From assembly GCA_963750165.1 (NCBI GenBank), contig CAVVPN010000003.1, forward strand, positions 320,001 to 384,000: a stretch of 64,000 nt of DNA, given 5' to 3'. Source of the stretch: an uncultured Gemmataceae bacterium. Its GTDB lineage: Bacteria; Planctomycetota; Planctomycetia; Gemmatales; Gemmataceae. Both the position numbers and the translations under genes were made by a program. Position 1 is the first letter of the stretch. Each line of letters opens with the position of its first letter. The notes below the pieces were generated by a model. It was not told the origin of the DNA. It ran no database searches and was given only the letters and a program-made list of their open reading frames with translations. Below, one piece after another: positions 1-10,450 of the stretch.

Positions 1-1293
1 CCGGCGGCGCCGGGCTCTGGCATGGGTCAAATCTGGTGGCTGACGGCGCTGCTGTTCGTCGGCATCTCGTCGATGATGGGCTCGGTGAACTACATCACGA
101 CTATTGTGAACCTGCGGGCCGCCGGCATGACGCTGTACCGCATGCCGATGACGACCTGGGCCATGTTCATCACCGCCATCCTGCAGGCGTTCGCGCTGCC
201 GGTGCTGACGGTCGGCCTGATCCTGCAACTGCTCGACAAGACCATCGGCACGACCTTCTTCCTGCCTCCGGCGGGCATTGACTTCGGCAACTATCACATC
301 GGCCCCGGCGGCGGCCAGCCGCTGCTGTGGCAGCATGTGTTCTGGTTCTACTCGCACCCGGCGGTGTACATCATGATCCTGCCGGCGATGGGCATGGTGT
401 CGGACATTATTTCCACGTTCGCGCGGCGGCCGCTGTTCGGCTACCGGGCGATGGTGTATTCCATTGCGGGCATTGCCGGCCTGGGCTTCATTGTCTGGGG
501 CCATCACATGTTCCAGAGCGGCATGGACCCGCGGCTGGGCACCGGTTTCATGATTGCCACCATCATGATCGCGCTGCCGTCCGCCGTGAAGGTGTTCAAC
601 TGGCTGGGCACGGTCTGGAACGGCAACCTGCAATTGACGACGCCGATGTTGTTCGCGCTGGCGTTCGTGGCCATGTTCATCATTGGCGGCCTGAGCGGTA
701 TTTTCATGGCCGCGACGCCGGTGGACATCTTCATCCACGATACCTATTTCATCGTCGCCCATCTGCACTACGTGCTGTTCGCCAGTAGTTTGATGGGCAT
801 CTTCGCCGGCATCTATTACTGGTTTCCCAAGATGTTCGGCCGGTTGATGAATGAGCCCTGGGGCAAGGTCCACTTTTTCCTCACGTTCGTGGCGGGCAAC
901 TGTGTGTTCTTCCCGATGCACATCCTGGGCGTGGCCGGCCTGCGCCGCCGCATCGCGGACGTAACCGCCTCGAACCTGGAGGCGCCGCTGCTGGGCATGA
1001 ATCAGTTCATCAGCATTAGCGCCTTCGTGCTGGGGGCCGTCCAGGTGATTTTCTTTGTGAACTTCTTGTGGAGCCTGTTCCGCGGCAAGGTCGCGGGCCG
1101 CAATCCGTGGAACAGCAACACGCTGGAGTGGAGCGCTCCGTCGCCGCCGCCGCACGGCAACTTTGAGGTGGACCCGGTGGTGTTCCGCGGCCCGTATTTC
1201 TATGGCGAACTGGGCATTGAGGAGGACCATGTGCCGCAGTTTCAGGCGCCGGATGGCAAGTCCGGCAACCTCACGCCGGCGGGGCATCATTAA
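1..1293 (+). CDS. ctaD: Cytochrome c oxidase subunit I, A2 type (5' part outside window)
   Basis: FWFYSHPAVY (YS motif of A2 oxidases), VWGHHMF CuB ligands, HDTYFIVAHLHY heme ligands, RR pair; frame is open from base 1. Confidence 0.97.
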   Translation, partial: PAAPGSGMGQIWWLTALLFVGISSMMGSVNYITTIVNLRAAGMTLYRMPMTTWAMFITAILQAFALPVLTVGLILQLLDKTIGTTFFLPPAGIDFGNYHIGPGGGQPLLWQHVFWFYSHPAVYIMILPAMGMVSDIISTFARRPLFGYRAMVYSIAGIAGLGFIVWGHHMFQSGMDPRLGTGFMIATIMIALPSAVKVFNWLGTVWNGNLQLTTPMLFALAFVAMFIIGGLSGIFMAATPVDIFIHDTYFIVAHLHYVLFASSLMGIFAGIYYWFPKMFGRLMNEPWGKVHFFLTFVAGNCVFFPMHILGVAGLRRRIADVTASNLEAPLLGMNQFISISAFVLGAVQVIFFVNFLWSLFRGKVAGRNPWNSNTLEWSAPSPPPHGNFEVDPVVFRGPYFYGELGIEEDHVPQFQAPDGKSGNLTPAGHH

Positions 1294-1301
1294 TGATTGT
1301 T

Positions 1302-1376
1302 CTGCCGCTTGCGGCCTGGCGGGCTGCAACCCTTCTGAGACTCAATTGGGTTGCAGGCGCCAGGCCGCAAGCGGCA
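1302..1376. repeat. REP-like hairpin, family CTGCCGCTTGCGGC...GCCGCAAGCGGCAG
   Basis: Inverted repeat after the ctaD stop; related copies at ~8665-8710, ~57005-57051 and half copies at ~49430, ~50425, ~54097. Confidence 0.8.
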
Positions 1377-1428
1377 GACAAGACGGGTCGCAGCGTCAGG
1401 TTATTGGGTTGGGTTCTTTGAAACGGAT

Positions 1429-2411
1429 ATGGCCACCACCCTCACCACTCCTGTCCGCCACGGGATCCGGCCCGGCGCCTGGGCCCACGGCTGGGCGGTG
1501 CTGACGGCCGCGTGTACGCTGCCGCTACTGACGCTCGGCGCGGAGGTGACCACGCACGGCGTCGGCATGGTGGACCGCCGCGGCTTCCGCGAACCGTGGC
1601 ACCTGCTCGCCCTGTGGCTGCAGGGCGAACCGCTGACGCCGGGCTACGTGATCGAGCATTCGCACCGGACGTTTGGCTTTCTGGTCGGCATCTGTGTGAT
1701 CGTGCTGACGGTGAGCCTGTGGCTGTGTGAGCCGCGCCGCTGGGTGCGCTGGACGGGCGTGGCGGCTTTGGCGGGCGTCTGCATTCAAGGGGTACTCGGC
1801 ATCCTGCGCATCGATCTCAACGCCCTGATGGGCGGTACGCTGCCGCTGGTCCACGGCCTGTTCGCCCAGCTGGTGTTCGCGCTGCTGGTGGGCCTCGCCG
1901 TGGTGACCTCGGGCGGCTGGCAGACGGCTCAGCCCGCGGCGGACACGGAGCGCGTCGCCAACCTGCGGCGCTGGTCGGTGACAGCGGCCGGGCTGGTGTA
2001 CGGTCAGATCATCCTGGGGGCGCTGGTGCGGCACAAGGATTTCGCGCTGGGGCGCGGGCGCACCTGCTCCTGGCGTTCGGCGTGGTCGCGGCGCTGGTCT
2101 GGCTGGCGAAAATGATCTTCACCGAGGTCGAACCGGATCGGCCGGTGCGGCGCGGCATGGGTGTGGTGCTGGTGATCCTGGTGGTGCAACTTTGGCTGGG
2201 CGTCGAATCGTGGCTGAGCAAATTTGCGGGGATGGGGCAAGCGCTGCGCCAGGCGGAGCCGCTGCCGGTACACGCCGAGCTGGTGCGGTCGCTGCACTAC
2301 CTGACCGGGGCGTTGCTGTTCTCAACGACGGTGGCGCTGGCGCTGCTGGCGCACCGCTCCGTGATCGCCGCCTGGCAGTCCGCGGCGCCGACCAGGGAGG
2401 GGGCAGCATGA
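1429..2411 (+). CDS. ctaA: Heme A synthase (COX15/CtaA family), apparent frameshift near 2050
   Basis: LGAEVTT..GM, IEHSHR, LVHGLFAQ, QIILGALVRH; continues in ORF 2082-2411 (QLWLG, SLHYLTGALL); operon context. Confidence 0.88.
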
Positions 2412-3334
2412 AGACCGAACTCATCGCCACCGCTGCCCTGCCCGTGGCCCGCTCGCGCCTGGCCGATTACGTCGAACTGACCAAGCCGCGTATCGCCGTG
2501 CTGGTGCTGTTCACCGTCGCCGCCGGCTACTGGCTCGGCAGCCTCGGCAGCACGGATCCGCTCGGATTGCTGCACACGGTCTGCGCCACCGCTCTGATCG
2601 CCGCCGGGGCCAGCGCCCTCAACCAGCTGCTGGAGCGCCACAGCGACTCCCGTATGCGCCGCACCGATCAACGGCCGCTGCCCGCCGGCCGGCTGCTGCC
2701 CGTGGAAGTGCTGGTGTTCGGCCTGGCGCTGGGACTGTTCGGGCTGGCGTACCTGGCGCTGGCGGTGGGCCGGCCCCTGCCGGTGCTGGTCGCCGCGGTG
2801 ACCTTCCTCGGCTACGTCGCGGTGTACACGCCGCTGAAACGGCTGACGGTCTGGAACACGCTGGTGGGCGCGGTCCCCGGGGCGTTGCCGCCGGTCATCG
2901 GCTGGGCGGCGGCACGCGGCACGCTGGACGCGGACATCGGCGCGGTGTTTTTGATCCTGTTCCTGTGGCAGGTGCCGCACTTCCTGGCCATCGCCTGGAT
3001 TTACCGCGACGACTACGGTCGGGCCGGGCTGCGGATGCTGCCGGTGGGCGACCCGCTGGGCAACCGTACTGCCCGGCACATGGTCGGCTTCTGCGCGGCG
3101 CTGGTGCTGGCGAGTCTGCTGCCGGTGCTGCTGCGGTTGGCGGGGCCGGTGTACCTGGTGGGTGCCTTGCTGCTGGGGCTGCTGTTCCTGCGGGCGACGC
3201 TGCGGTTCTGGCTGGAGCGGACTGCCGTGCAGGCTCGGGGCGTCCTGCGGGCGTCGCTACTGTATCTGCCGTTGCTGCTCGCGCTGTTGTTGTTGGAAGG
3301 GGTGTTGCGCCTGACCATCCACGACCCAGGATAG
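2408..3334 (+). CDS. ctaB: Protoheme IX farnesyltransferase (heme O synthase)
   Basis: LTKPRI, NQLLERHSDSRMRRTDQRPLP, YTPLKR, WQVPHFLAIAW..DDY; ATGA overlap with ctaA stop. Confidence 0.96.
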   Translation: MKTELIATAALPVARSRLADYVELTKPRIAVLVLFTVAAGYWLGSLGSTDPLGLLHTVCATALIAAGASALNQLLERHSDSRMRRTDQRPLPAGRLLPVEVLVFGLALGLFGLAYLALAVGRPLPVLVAAVTFLGYVAVYTPLKRLTVWNTLVGAVPGALPPVIGWAAARGTLDADIGAVFLILFLWQVPHFLAIAWIYRDDYGRAGLRMLPVGDPLGNRTARHMVGFCAALVLASLLPVLLRLAGPVYLVGALLLGLLFLRATLRFWLERTAVQARGVLRASLLYLPLLLALLLLEGVLRLTIHDPG

Positions 3335-3347
3335 AAGTTGATCTCTC

Positions 3348-4883
3348 ATGACACAAACGCTTCTGCAAGAGCCGAAACCGACGACCCACGCCGAACACGC
3401 TCCGGGGCACCCGGCCGGGCACATGGGCCTGCCGCTGCCGCACGGCAAACTGGCCATGTGGCTGTTCCTCATCACGGAGATCATGTTCTTCACCGGGCTG
3501 ATCGGCGTGTACATTATCCTGCGCAACGGCCAGCCAACCCGCAGCGAGCCGTGGCCCACCCCGCATGACGTTCACCTGGTTGAGTGGATCGGAGCGCTGA
3601 ACACCTTCGTGCTCATTTGCAGCAGTTTCACCGTCGTGCTCGCCCACCTCGCCCTGGGCAAGAAGAACGTCCGGGCGGCGGTCGGCTACATCGCCGTCAC
3701 GCTGGCCCTGGGCTGCGTCTTCCTGGGCATCAAGGCCTACGAATATCAGGCCAAGTTCCAGCACGAAATCCTGCCCGGCAAGATTCCGGAAAAGCTCGAC
3801 ACCCCCGCTGGCTTCCGCTACGTCAACCACGTTCGCGACCAGCTGGAAAAGATCGTCAAGGAGCCGGCCAAGTTCACCGGTGCCTCGAACCTGTCGATGT
3901 GGCACTGGAACTACTTCCTGCGCCAGGTGGACAGGCTCAAGACCGCGAACAACGCCGCCCGGGTCGAAATCGACAACAAGTACAAGGAGGCCGGCACGAA
4001 CTTCGACACGCTCGACCCGGAACTGGCTAATCAGGTGGCCAAGCCGCTGGAGAGACGCAAGAAGATCGAGGCGGACTTCTCGGACATCAAGAACCTCGAA
4101 AAGGTCGATCCGGCGCTGGCGAAACAGATCGCCGGCCTGGACGCGAAAAAGGCCGCCGTCGAGAAGAAGTACGCGACCACCAAGGACTTCAGCAAGCTCG
4201 ACCCGGAACTGGCGAAAACGCTGGCCGGGCTGAAGGGCAAGGAGAAGGACAAGGCTGCGGCGAAAGCGATTACGGACGCCCGGGAGAAGAAACTGTTGCC
4301 CCTGGAGAACGCCAAAACCGCGGCCATCGAAAAGGCCAAGGGCTTGCTGATTGCCCCCATTGATGCCCAGGTCGCCAGTGAGGTGAACGCCGCCAAGGAC
4401 CGAAAAAAGAAGATCATCGACGACGCCATGGCCGCGGCGATCGAGAAGGAACGCAAGGTCCTGTACGACCTGCACCGCGACCTGCACCCGGTCATCGACA
4501 GCTGGGAACTGCTGGAAAAGCTGCCGAACCTGACGCCGAAGCAGCTCAACCTGGAAGTCGCCGGCAGTCACGTCAAGCCCGTGGACCGGGTGCCGGGCTA
4601 CAAGGTGGACAAGGGGTTGCTGGAGAAACACGAGGACAGGGATTTGCAGGTCGCGCATGCCATCCCGTTCGGCAACATGTGGGCGTCGTGCTACTTCGCC
4701 ATGACGGGCTTCCACGCCCTGCACGTCTTCGGCGGGTTGGTGATTTTCGTCATCGTCCTCGTCCTGGCGGCCAGGGGCCGCTTCGGGCCGCAGCACGAGA
4801 GCATGCTCGAACTGACCGGGCTGTACTGGCACTTTGTTGACATCGTGTGGATTTTCCTGTTCCCGCTGCTATACCTGGTGTGA
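3348..4883 (+). CDS. ctaE: Cytochrome c oxidase subunit III with large soluble insertion
   Basis: [53 protein letters not shown]; ~290-aa hydrophilic insert. Confidence 0.93.
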   Translation: MTQTLLQEPKPTTHAEHAPGHPAGHMGLPLPHGKLAMWLFLITEIMFFTGLIGVYIILRNGQPTRSEPWPTPHDVHLVEWIGALNTFVLICSSFTVVLAHLALGKKNVRAAVGYIAVTLALGCVFLGIKAYEYQAKFQHEILPGKIPEKLDTPAGFRYVNHVRDQLEKIVKEPAKFTGASNLSMWHWNYFLRQVDRLKTANNAARVEIDNKYKEAGTNFDTLDPELANQVAKPLERRKKIEADFSDIKNLEKVDPALAKQIAGLDAKKAAVEKKYATTKDFSKLDPELAKTLAGLKGKEKDKAAAKAITDAREKKLLPLENAKTAAIEKAKGLLIAPIDAQVASEVNAAKDRKKKIIDDAMAAAIEKERKVLYDLHRDLHPVIDSWELLEKLPNLTPKQLNLEVAGSHVKPVDRVPGYKVDKGLLEKHEDRDLQVAHAIPFGNMWASCYFAMTGFHALHVFGGLVIFVIVLVLAARGRFGPQHESMLELTGLYWHFVDIVWIFLFPLLYLV

Positions 4884-4916
4884 CGCAAGCGCCGTTCGCG
4901 GCGAGGAGAAGGCAAC

Positions 4917-5279
4917 ATGGCGGAAAGTCACGGCGGCGAGCACGGACACCACGGCCCCACTATCATGCTCTACCTGGGCGTGTTCGCGGCTCTGTGCGTG
5001 TTCACGGCAATGTCGTTCGGCATTTTCGAGGTGCTGAGCGAGCAGAAAATGATTGCCATGCTGATTATCCTCCTCGTGGCTGTCTGCAAGGCGTTTCTGG
5101 TCGCCACCTACTTCATGCACCTGAAGTGGGATTGGGGCAAGGTCTACTTCATCATGATTCCGGTGATGATCGTCGCCCTGATGATGATGCTCGTGCTGCT
5201 GCCGGACATCGTGCTCGACTGGCACCACGAGCACGAGCGCGACGAACCCGCCGCTGAGATCACCCACGATCATCACTAA
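4917..5279 (+). CDS. ctaF: Cytochrome c oxidase subunit IV family
   Basis: KAFLVATYFMHLKWD motif, three hydrophobic helices, follows subunit III. Confidence 0.9.
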   Translation: MAESHGGEHGHHGPTIMLYLGVFAALCVFTAMSFGIFEVLSEQKMIAMLIILLVAVCKAFLVATYFMHLKWDWGKVYFIMIPVMIVALMMMLVLLPDIVLDWHHEHERDEPAAEITHDHH

Positions 5280-5289
5280 CGAGGCCCTC

Positions 5290-6381
5290 ATGCGTGCCGC
5301 GGTTGTCGCCCTGATACTGCTCGCCCTGGCCGCCCCGGCCCGGACCGACGAGCCGACAGGCGCCCCCGCATCCTTGCGCACCCATGTCGGCGCCGTGCCG
5401 GACTTCACGCTGACCGAGCGCAGCGGCAAGCAGGTGCGGCGCGACGACCTCAAGGGCAAGGTCTGGGTCGCCGCCTTCACCTACACCTGCTGCGACACCG
5501 GCTGCGACAAGCTCACCGCCAACCTGGTCAAACTGCAAAAGCGCCTCGCTGACTGCCCGGACGCGCGGATCGTCACCTTCAGCGTTCACCCGGAGCAGGA
5601 CACGCCGGCAGTGCTGGAAAAGTACGCGAAAAAGCACGAGGCCGACGCCGACCGCTGGCTGTTCCTGACCGGCGACGAGAAGGCCATGTACGCGCTGGTG
5701 GAGCAGGGGTTCAAGCTGGCCGTCTCCCGCAACAAGGACGCCCCGAAGGGGCAGGACGTCCAGCACAGCTTTTTCTTCATGGTGGTGGACCGCCGGGGCC
5801 AGATCCGCGGTTACCTCGACGGCCGCAAGGCGGAAAACATGCAACACCTGGAAAAGCGTGTCCGGGAACTGGTCGCGGCCAGGGCGGGTGACCCCGACGC
5901 CAGCGCCGCGGACGACCTTGACGCACCGCAGCCACGCCCGGAGCCGCCACAGACCAGCGTCTTGCCCGCCGTCAACGCCTTGCTCAACGGGGCCTGTGCG
6001 CTGCTGCTCATCCTCGGTTACGTGTCGGTGCGGCATGGGCGGATCACCCTGCACAAGGTCTGCATGCTGACGGCGCTGTGCGTGTCGGTGGTGTTCCTCG
6101 GCTGCTACCTGTATTACCACTTCGCTGTCAAGAACGGCGAACCGACCCGCTTCCCCGGAGTGGGCTGGGTGCAGCCGGTCTACTACGGCATCCTCGGGAC
6201 GCACACCGTCCTGGCGGCCCTGGTGGCGCCGCTCGCCCTGCTGACGACGTACCGCGGCCTGCGCGGCACCATCACGAAGCACACGCGGCTGGCGCGCTGG
6301 ACGCTGCCGATCTGGTTGTACGTGTCCGTTACCGGCGTGGTTGTGTACTGGATGCTGTATCAGCTGTATCCTGCCCACTAA
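5290..6381 (+). CDS. SCO (SenC) copper chaperone fused to DUF420 membrane domain
   Basis: FTYTCCDTGC (CxxxC), SVHPEQDTP, conserved His (QHSFFF); C-terminal LPAVNALLNG...WLYVSVTGVVVYWMLY of DUF420. Confidence 0.9.
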   Translation: MRAAVVALILLALAAPARTDEPTGAPASLRTHVGAVPDFTLTERSGKQVRRDDLKGKVWVAAFTYTCCDTGCDKLTANLVKLQKRLADCPDARIVTFSVHPEQDTPAVLEKYAKKHEADADRWLFLTGDEKAMYALVEQGFKLAVSRNKDAPKGQDVQHSFFFMVVDRRGQIRGYLDGRKAENMQHLEKRVRELVAARAGDPDASAADDLDAPQPRPEPPQTSVLPAVNALLNGACALLLILGYVSVRHGRITLHKVCMLTALCVSVVFLGCYLYYHFAVKNGEPTRFPGVGWVQPVYYGILGTHTVLAALVAPLALLTTYRGLRGTITKHTRLARWTLPIWLYVSVTGVVVYWMLYQLYPAH

Positions 6382-6480
6382 AGCGGATTGCGGTTGGGTG
6401 TAGCGGAAGTCGCCAGACTTCCGTCCGGTGCTGCTCGGAAGTCTGGCGACTTCCGCTACACCCATTCGAAATCTGCAATA
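6379..6480. mobile_element. 102-bp TA-bounded MITE-like element with internal GTAG-REP doublet
   Basis: Core GTAGCGGAAGTCGCCAGACTTCC..GGAAGTCTGGCGACTTCCGCTAC; near-identical inverted copy at 15437-15538, related copy at 32407-32519. Confidence 0.85.
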
Positions 6481-6507
6481 AGCAGGCGGACAAGGTCGGC
6501 CATGCTC

Positions 6508-6584
6508 TCCGAGCCGCGCACGCAGCGCAGCGGAGTAAGCGGCCGCACCAGAGCTTACTCCGCTGCGCTACGTGCGCGGCTCGG
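6508..6584. repeat. REP-like hairpin CCGAGCCGCGCACGCAGCGCAGCGGAGTAAGC
   Basis: Long imperfect palindrome; second copy at ~32556-32638. Confidence 0.8.
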
Positions 6585-6643
6585 AGGAAAAAGTGCTACC
6601 CGGTTTTCGCGTCCGGGTTACAATAGGTGAGAAGGAGGCGGTC

Positions 6644-6970
6644 ATGCGCTGGTTGCTGCTGCTGTTGGTCCTGACCGGGGTGGCGTTTCTGCTGACACCG
6701 CACGCCGCTGTGGCGTGTCCGCTGTGCCGCGATGCCGTGGCGGCATCCACCATTCTCGAAGGGGACGACGGCGAGACCGAGGAAGAGGACGGCATCAGCG
6801 TCGGCGCCGCCTATAATTACAGCATCTATCTGATGATCGCCGTGCCCTATCTGTCGTTGGCCGTCGTGTCCTTTCTGATCTACCGTGGCCTGAAGAAGAA
6901 CGCGGACTATCTCCGAGCCCACGGCAAACTGGTCGAGAACCCGCTGGCCCCACCCGCCAGCCAGTGCTGA
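6644..6970 (+). CDS. Small exported/membrane CxxC protein at end of the oxidase operon
   Basis: GAAGGAGG RBS, signal-peptide-like N-terminus ending AVA-CPLC, acidic linker, C-terminal TM (YSIYLMIAVPY). Confidence 0.75.
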   Translation: MRWLLLLLVLTGVAFLLTPHAAVACPLCRDAVAASTILEGDDGETEEEDGISVGAAYNYSIYLMIAVPYLSLAVVSFLIYRGLKKNADYLRAHGKLVENPLAPPASQC

Positions 6971-7105
6971 CCCGCTGCCACGGCTCCTGGGCTGTTCGGG
7001 CGTGGGCGGCTCGCAACCCTGCCGCTTGTCGGTGAGATGGTCCGCACGGACGTTTCCAGTCACTGACCGCCGGCGACCCACCGCCGGCCCGGCAAGGGGC
7101 CTCTC

Positions 7106-8653
7106 ATGCTCTCCAGCTACAGCCGCCGCGAATTCGTCACGCAGTCCGCCGCCGCCGCCACTCTGGCCAGCCTCGGCGACTTCCGCTTCCTGGACGGTCT
7201 GCCGTCACTCAGCGCCGCCCAGGTGCAGGTCCAGCCCAACATGGTGCAGTTCAGCCCGGACATCGAACCGCTCGTCCGCTTCCTCGAAACCACCGACCGC
7301 AATGACCTCATCGCCGCCGCCGCCCAGCGCGTCCGCAGCGGCACCAGCTATCAGCAAATGCTCAGCGCCCTGCTGCTGGCAGGCGTGCGCAGCATCAAGC
7401 CGCGGCCGGTCGGCTTCCAGTTCCACGCGGTACTGGTGACCAACAGCGCCCACCTGGCCAGCATCGCCGCCCAGGACCGCGACCGCTGGCTGCCACTGTT
7501 CTGGGCCATCGACAACTTCAAAAACTCGCAGGCCACCAACAACCGCCAGAACAACGGCTGGGTGATGCCGCCCGTCGCCGAGGCCCAGGTGCCCGCCGCC
7601 GGCCAGGCCCGCCAGCGCTTCCACGAGACGATGGACAACTGGGATGTGGACGGTGCCGACCGTGCGGTCGTCGGCCTGGTGCGCTCCGCCGCCGCGGCCG
7701 AGGTGATCGAGCCGTTCTGGCGCTACGGTGCCCGCGACTTCCGCGACATCGGCCACAAGGCCATTTATGTCGCCAACGCCTGGCGCACCCTGAACACCAT
7801 CGGTTGGCGGCACGCCGAGCCGGTGATGCGTTCGCTGGCGTTCGCGCTGCTCGACCACGAGGCCGGCAACCCCGCGCAGCGCGACGCCGAGCCGGATCGG
7901 CCGTGGCGTGAGAACCAGCAGCGTGTGCTGCGCATCCGCCCCGACTGGCAGCGCGGCCGCCTGGCCGAGACGGCGGCGCGCGACGTGGTGCAGGCGCTGC
8001 GTACCGCCACGCCCGGCGAGGGCTCCGAACTGATGGTGCGGCTGCTGAACCAGGGTGTGAGCCCGGCGAGCCTGTGGGACGGTATCTTCCTGACCTCCGG
8101 CGAACTGCTGATGCGGGCGCCGGGCATTGTCGGGTTGCACTGCGTCACCAGCGTCAACGCCCTGCACTTCGCCTTCCAGAACTGCGGCAACGACGAGACG
8201 CGGCAACTGATGCTGCTGCAGGCGCCGGCGTTCCTGGTGATGTTTCGCCAGCGTCTGGGCAACAACCTGCGCAACCTGCACGTGGATATGTTGGAACCGC
8301 TGAACCCGACCGCCCAGGGCGCCGAGGCGGTGCAGGAAATCCTGACCGACTTCAGCGGCGCCGGCAACGGCAACAGCCGGGTGAACGCGGCCCGCAAGAC
8401 CATTGCGCTGCTGCAGGGCGACAACACCGGCGCCCGCGCCGAAATGCTGATGGCGGGGGCGCGGCGGCTGATCTTCAGCAAGGGCCGCGATTCGCACGAC
8501 TACAAGTTCAGTTCGGCGGCGCTGGAGGATTTCTATCACACGACGCCGGCGTGGCGCAACCGTTTCCTGGCGATGGGCGCCTTCTATCTCAAGGGCGCCA
8601 ACGACGCCAACAATAACCTCATTCAGCGCGCCGAGGCGGCGCTGTCGGCGTGA
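7106..8653 (+). CDS. Tat-exported hypothetical protein with duplicated His motifs
   Basis: SRREFV twin-arginine motif; FHAVLVTNSAH / LHCVTSVNALH; strong codon bias. Confidence 0.8.
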   Translation: MLSSYSRREFVTQSAAAATLASLGDFRFLDGLPSLSAAQVQVQPNMVQFSPDIEPLVRFLETTDRNDLIAAAAQRVRSGTSYQQMLSALLLAGVRSIKPRPVGFQFHAVLVTNSAHLASIAAQDRDRWLPLFWAIDNFKNSQATNNRQNNGWVMPPVAEAQVPAAGQARQRFHETMDNWDVDGADRAVVGLVRSAAAAEVIEPFWRYGARDFRDIGHKAIYVANAWRTLNTIGWRHAEPVMRSLAFALLDHEAGNPAQRDAEPDRPWRENQQRVLRIRPDWQRGRLAETAARDVVQALRTATPGEGSELMVRLLNQGVSPASLWDGIFLTSGELLMRAPGIVGLHCVTSVNALHFAFQNCGNDETRQLMLLQAPAFLVMFRQRLGNNLRNLHVDMLEPLNPTAQGAEAVQEILTDFSGAGNGNSRVNAARKTIALLQGDNTGARAEMLMAGARRLIFSKGRDSHDYKFSSAALEDFYHTTPAWRNRFLAMGAFYLKGANDANNNLIQRAEAALSA

Positions 8654-8869
8654 GCTCTGCTGTTCTGCCGCTTGCGGCGTAGCGGGGAAGCGCTACGCCG
8701 CAAGCGGTAGAAACAGGAAGTTGCGCGATGCCATTTCAGCCGATGACATGTTGAAGCACCTCGGCGGCGCCCTCCTCACCACCGGTCCTCTTCTGCCGGC
8801 TCGATCGGTGGCACCTTGCCAGGTACTTGACGAAAGGTCTCGAGTTCCAGCGCCGGCTACGCAGGACAG

Positions 8870-10205
8870 TCATTTCCCAATACAGAATCGGCTGAAAATG
8901 CGGTCCAGCAAATCCTCCGTGTAGACAGCGCCGACCAGCGCCCCCAGTTGGTCGAGCGCCCGCGCAGCTCCAGCGCCAGGATTTCGGGCGGATCCTCGTG
9001 CAGCGCCACGCCGTGCGCCAGCCGCAGATGGTTCAGGCACGCCTCGACGTGATGACGGCAGCGGCTCAGACTCGGCGCCAGCGCCGGCTGCCGTCGCGCC
9101 CGCGCCCGCTCCGCCAGCAGCCGCCGCAGTGCGTCCAGCCCCGTGCCGCTGTGGGCGCTGGTCGCCAGCAGACCGGGCGGCGCCGCGGCCAGGTCGCACT
9201 TGGTCGCGATCATCACGACCGGCGGCCGACCCGCCTCCACCAGCCGTCGCTGCTCCGCGTCCAGTGCCGGCGCGGCAGCCTCGACGCACAGTAGCAGCAG
9301 GTCCGCCTGCGCCGCCTCGGCGCGGCCGAGCGCCTGGGCCCGGCCCTCGACCGCATTGACAGCGGTGCGCCAGCCGGCCGTGTCGAGCAGGTCCAACGCG
9401 ACACCGCCGAGGTCGAGGCGGCGCTGCAGATAGTCGCGCGTCGTGCCCGGCTGTGGGCTGACCAGCGCCGCGGCGGCCCCGGCCAGGGCGTTGAACAGGC
9501 TGCTCTTGCCGACGTTCGGCCGCCCCGCCAGCACCACGCGGAACGGTCGCTCGGAGACAGCCCGCTCCTGCAACTGTTTCCGCAACAGCGTCACCAGCGC
9601 CAGCCCCTTGCTCAGCCGCAGCAGCAAAGCGTCCTGGGCGATGAAGTGAATGTCCTCGTCGGCGAAGTCCAGGCCCGCCTCCACGTCGGCCAGCAGGTTG
9701 AGCAGATCCTCGCGGCAGTCCTGCAGCGGCCGCGTCACGCCGCCGGCCAGCTGGGCCAGCGCCTGCTTCAACTCGTCGCGGCTGCCGGCCTCGATGACGC
9801 CGAGCACCGCCTCCGCGCGCGGCAGGTCCAGCTTGCCGGCCAGGAACGCACGCAGCGTGAACTCGCCTGGCTGCGCCGCCCGCGCCCGGCGTTCAGACAC
9901 TCCGCGATCAGCACTTCGAGCAAGGGTGGACAGGAGATGGTGTGCAGCTCGACTAGCGGTTGGCCGGTGTAGGTGCGCGGCGCCGGCCAGATGTAAAGGT
10001 CGGCGGGCAGCGGCGCGGTCACGTCGGGCAGCCGAACCGCCCCGGGGTGGAGGCGGCGCTGTTGTGGGTCCACGTCGTCCGCCGTGTGGAAGACGCGCAG
10101 CGCGACGGTCAACGCCGCCGGCCCCGTCAGCCGCACGATGGCGCGGCCGCCGGGGCCGGGGGCGGTGGCGAGGGCAACAATGGTGTCCTGCGGATCGGGC
10201 AGCAT
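8870..10205 (-). CDS. mnmE: tRNA modification GTPase MnmE, two apparent frameshifts (~9890, ~8960)
   Basis: DTIVALAT, PGEFTLRAFLAGKLDL, GRPNVGKSSLFN, GTTRD, DTAG, C-terminal IFSRFCIGK spread over three ORFs. Confidence 0.95.
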
Positions 10206-10258
10206 GGTGCTCTGAGTTTACTCCCCCTCGCCCCCTAGCAGTGGGTGAGAGGGCCCTG

Positions 10259-10446
10259 GTTCGTAGTACCGGCTTTAGCCGGAATCAGACTGTCTGTTTC
10301 CGCCTGGAGCGGTTCACACTTGGTTTGCGCACAGCCTGTGGGACGGCTCTCCAGAGCCGTCCTTGTCTCGGAGACGGCTCTGGAGAGCCGTCCTACGGGG
10401 CGTGATCCACGCGGCTGTGAACCGCTCTAAAGGCGCTACTACGAAC
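10259..10446. mobile_element. Three-layer nested palindromic element
   Basis: Outer hairpin GTTCGTAGTACCGGCTTTAGCCGGAA interrupted by a GAGCGGTTCACA..TGTGAACCGCTC shell containing a REP doublet. Confidence 0.8.
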
Positions 10447-10450
10447 AAGG

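Noticed and set aside
337..369. HPAVY instead of HPEVY as a defective oxidase
   Set aside because: YSHPxVY is the established A2-type signature
8737..8873. 45-aa ORF overlapping the mnmE stop (MTVLRSRRW...)
   Set aside because: Atypical codon usage and no recognisable motif
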